Source: Malacoraja senta (taxonomy: Eukaryota). Taken from it: 64,000 nucleotides of DNA. The notes under the pieces were generated by a model, which was not told the DNA's origin, ran no database searches, and saw nothing but the letters and a program-made list of their open reading frames with translations. Location of the stretch: assembly GCA_038087875.1 (NCBI GenBank), contig CM075989.1, forward strand, positions 11,098,001 through 11,162,000. Reading direction: 5' to 3'. Below, in pieces: positions 62,946 to 64,000 of the stretch; within the stretch, counting starts at the first letter, position 1, and each line of letters begins with the position of its first letter. Position numbers and translations under genes: made by a program.

Positions 62946-64000
62946 CCCCAGTCTGCAGAGTGTAATCTTGCTGACTGCAATCTGATCGGTCAGTGGTTAT
63001 TTTATTGTGGGGTTTGACGACAGTGTGGCTCGGACAACCTGGTATAAACCAAGAGATGTGAATGTTATGTTCTTTACACAGTACAGTCCAATTACTTTAG
63101 GTCTGGGCAGACCACATTTGGAATGTAGCGTACTGGTTTGGTCTTGCTACCCATAGAAGCCTTGCCTTTAGAATCCTGCACCCATTCCTCAATGACATCT
63201 GAGCCCACCACGAGGTTCTTCTCCTCTTCTGTTGCCTCTGCACCAATTTATTTGACAAGGAATCTTTGTCCCCTACTGAATATCCTTTCTCCTGTCTCCA
63301 ACACTTCCTCATGGACACCTCCTGCCAGCCTTGTACCCTCTCTCCACATTTTCATTACCAACTGCTGCTGATACATCAACCATCCCCTCGCCAACTCCAA
63401 TCTCACCCCTTTGAACATGCAGCCCTTCACTCATTCTGTGCCATTCCCAACCATTAAATCTGCAGAAAAGGGCAGTGCCATTCAACTTTGGTGGACGAAC
63501 CTCTTCCCTGCTGAGGTTAGCTCTCAAAATGTTGTCCATCCTCTCTGAAGGACTGCCACTGATTTTAAAACTCCACAGTTGTCTTGGCGTGCAGCCGGAA
63601 CAAAAATCCTCCTCATTTATCTTCTCAATTCTTTCCAAAATCCTAAAAATCAAATCTGTCCTTAACCTGCTACATTTTCGTGAACCCAGTCTTATTTACT
63701 GAGTCACCTTTGCCTGGGATTATGCCCCTAACAGCTAGGAAGAGGGAACATGCAATTAAATAAAAGTGACAGGATTAATGTTAGCAAACTAATTCAAAGC
63801 GAGTCCAACCACACTTCTCAAAAGCACACTAAAGGGACACAGAGTTGTTAAAGTTTAGGAAAGACAATACCAGGAGTTTCAATGCGACGATATCTATTCC
63901 CAGTTGCTAATGATCGATGGCCTTGACATCCGATAGAGACATAGGGAAGTCACCACACGTTTAAACAATTTATTAGGCCAGTGGCAGTTCAGTAAATCAA

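Overview
Vertebrate genomic DNA, most likely from a cartilaginous fish (skate/ray/shark), judged from its repeat families. The only well-supported host gene is the 5' part of an ADAMTS7-like secreted metalloprotease on the minus strand. Seven coding exons run from 43407 down to 1913 with GT-AG boundaries and consistent phases (1253 nt, 417 codons + 2 nt). They encode the signal peptide, prodomain, furin site and catalytic domain up to HELGH; the remaining exons lie left of the window. Exons 1 and 5 are absent from the ORF track and were read by hand. A CpG-island promoter (GC boxes, TATA-like element, short in-frame uORF) sits at about 43.4-43.7 kb. The rest is intron or upstream DNA rich in transposon remnants: CR1, Rex1/Babar-like, Tx1/L1 and Penelope fragments, V-SINEs, DeuSINEs, MITEs, paired LTR-like repeats, microsatellites and three N gaps. 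The most interesting non-gene signal is a family of short Penelope-derived fold-back insertions carrying minimal hammerhead-ribozyme motifs (CUGANGA-stem-GAAAC-GUH). Three of them have ~15-bp target-site duplications. Repeat family names come from recalled consensus features, not database searches, and repeat boundaries are approximate.
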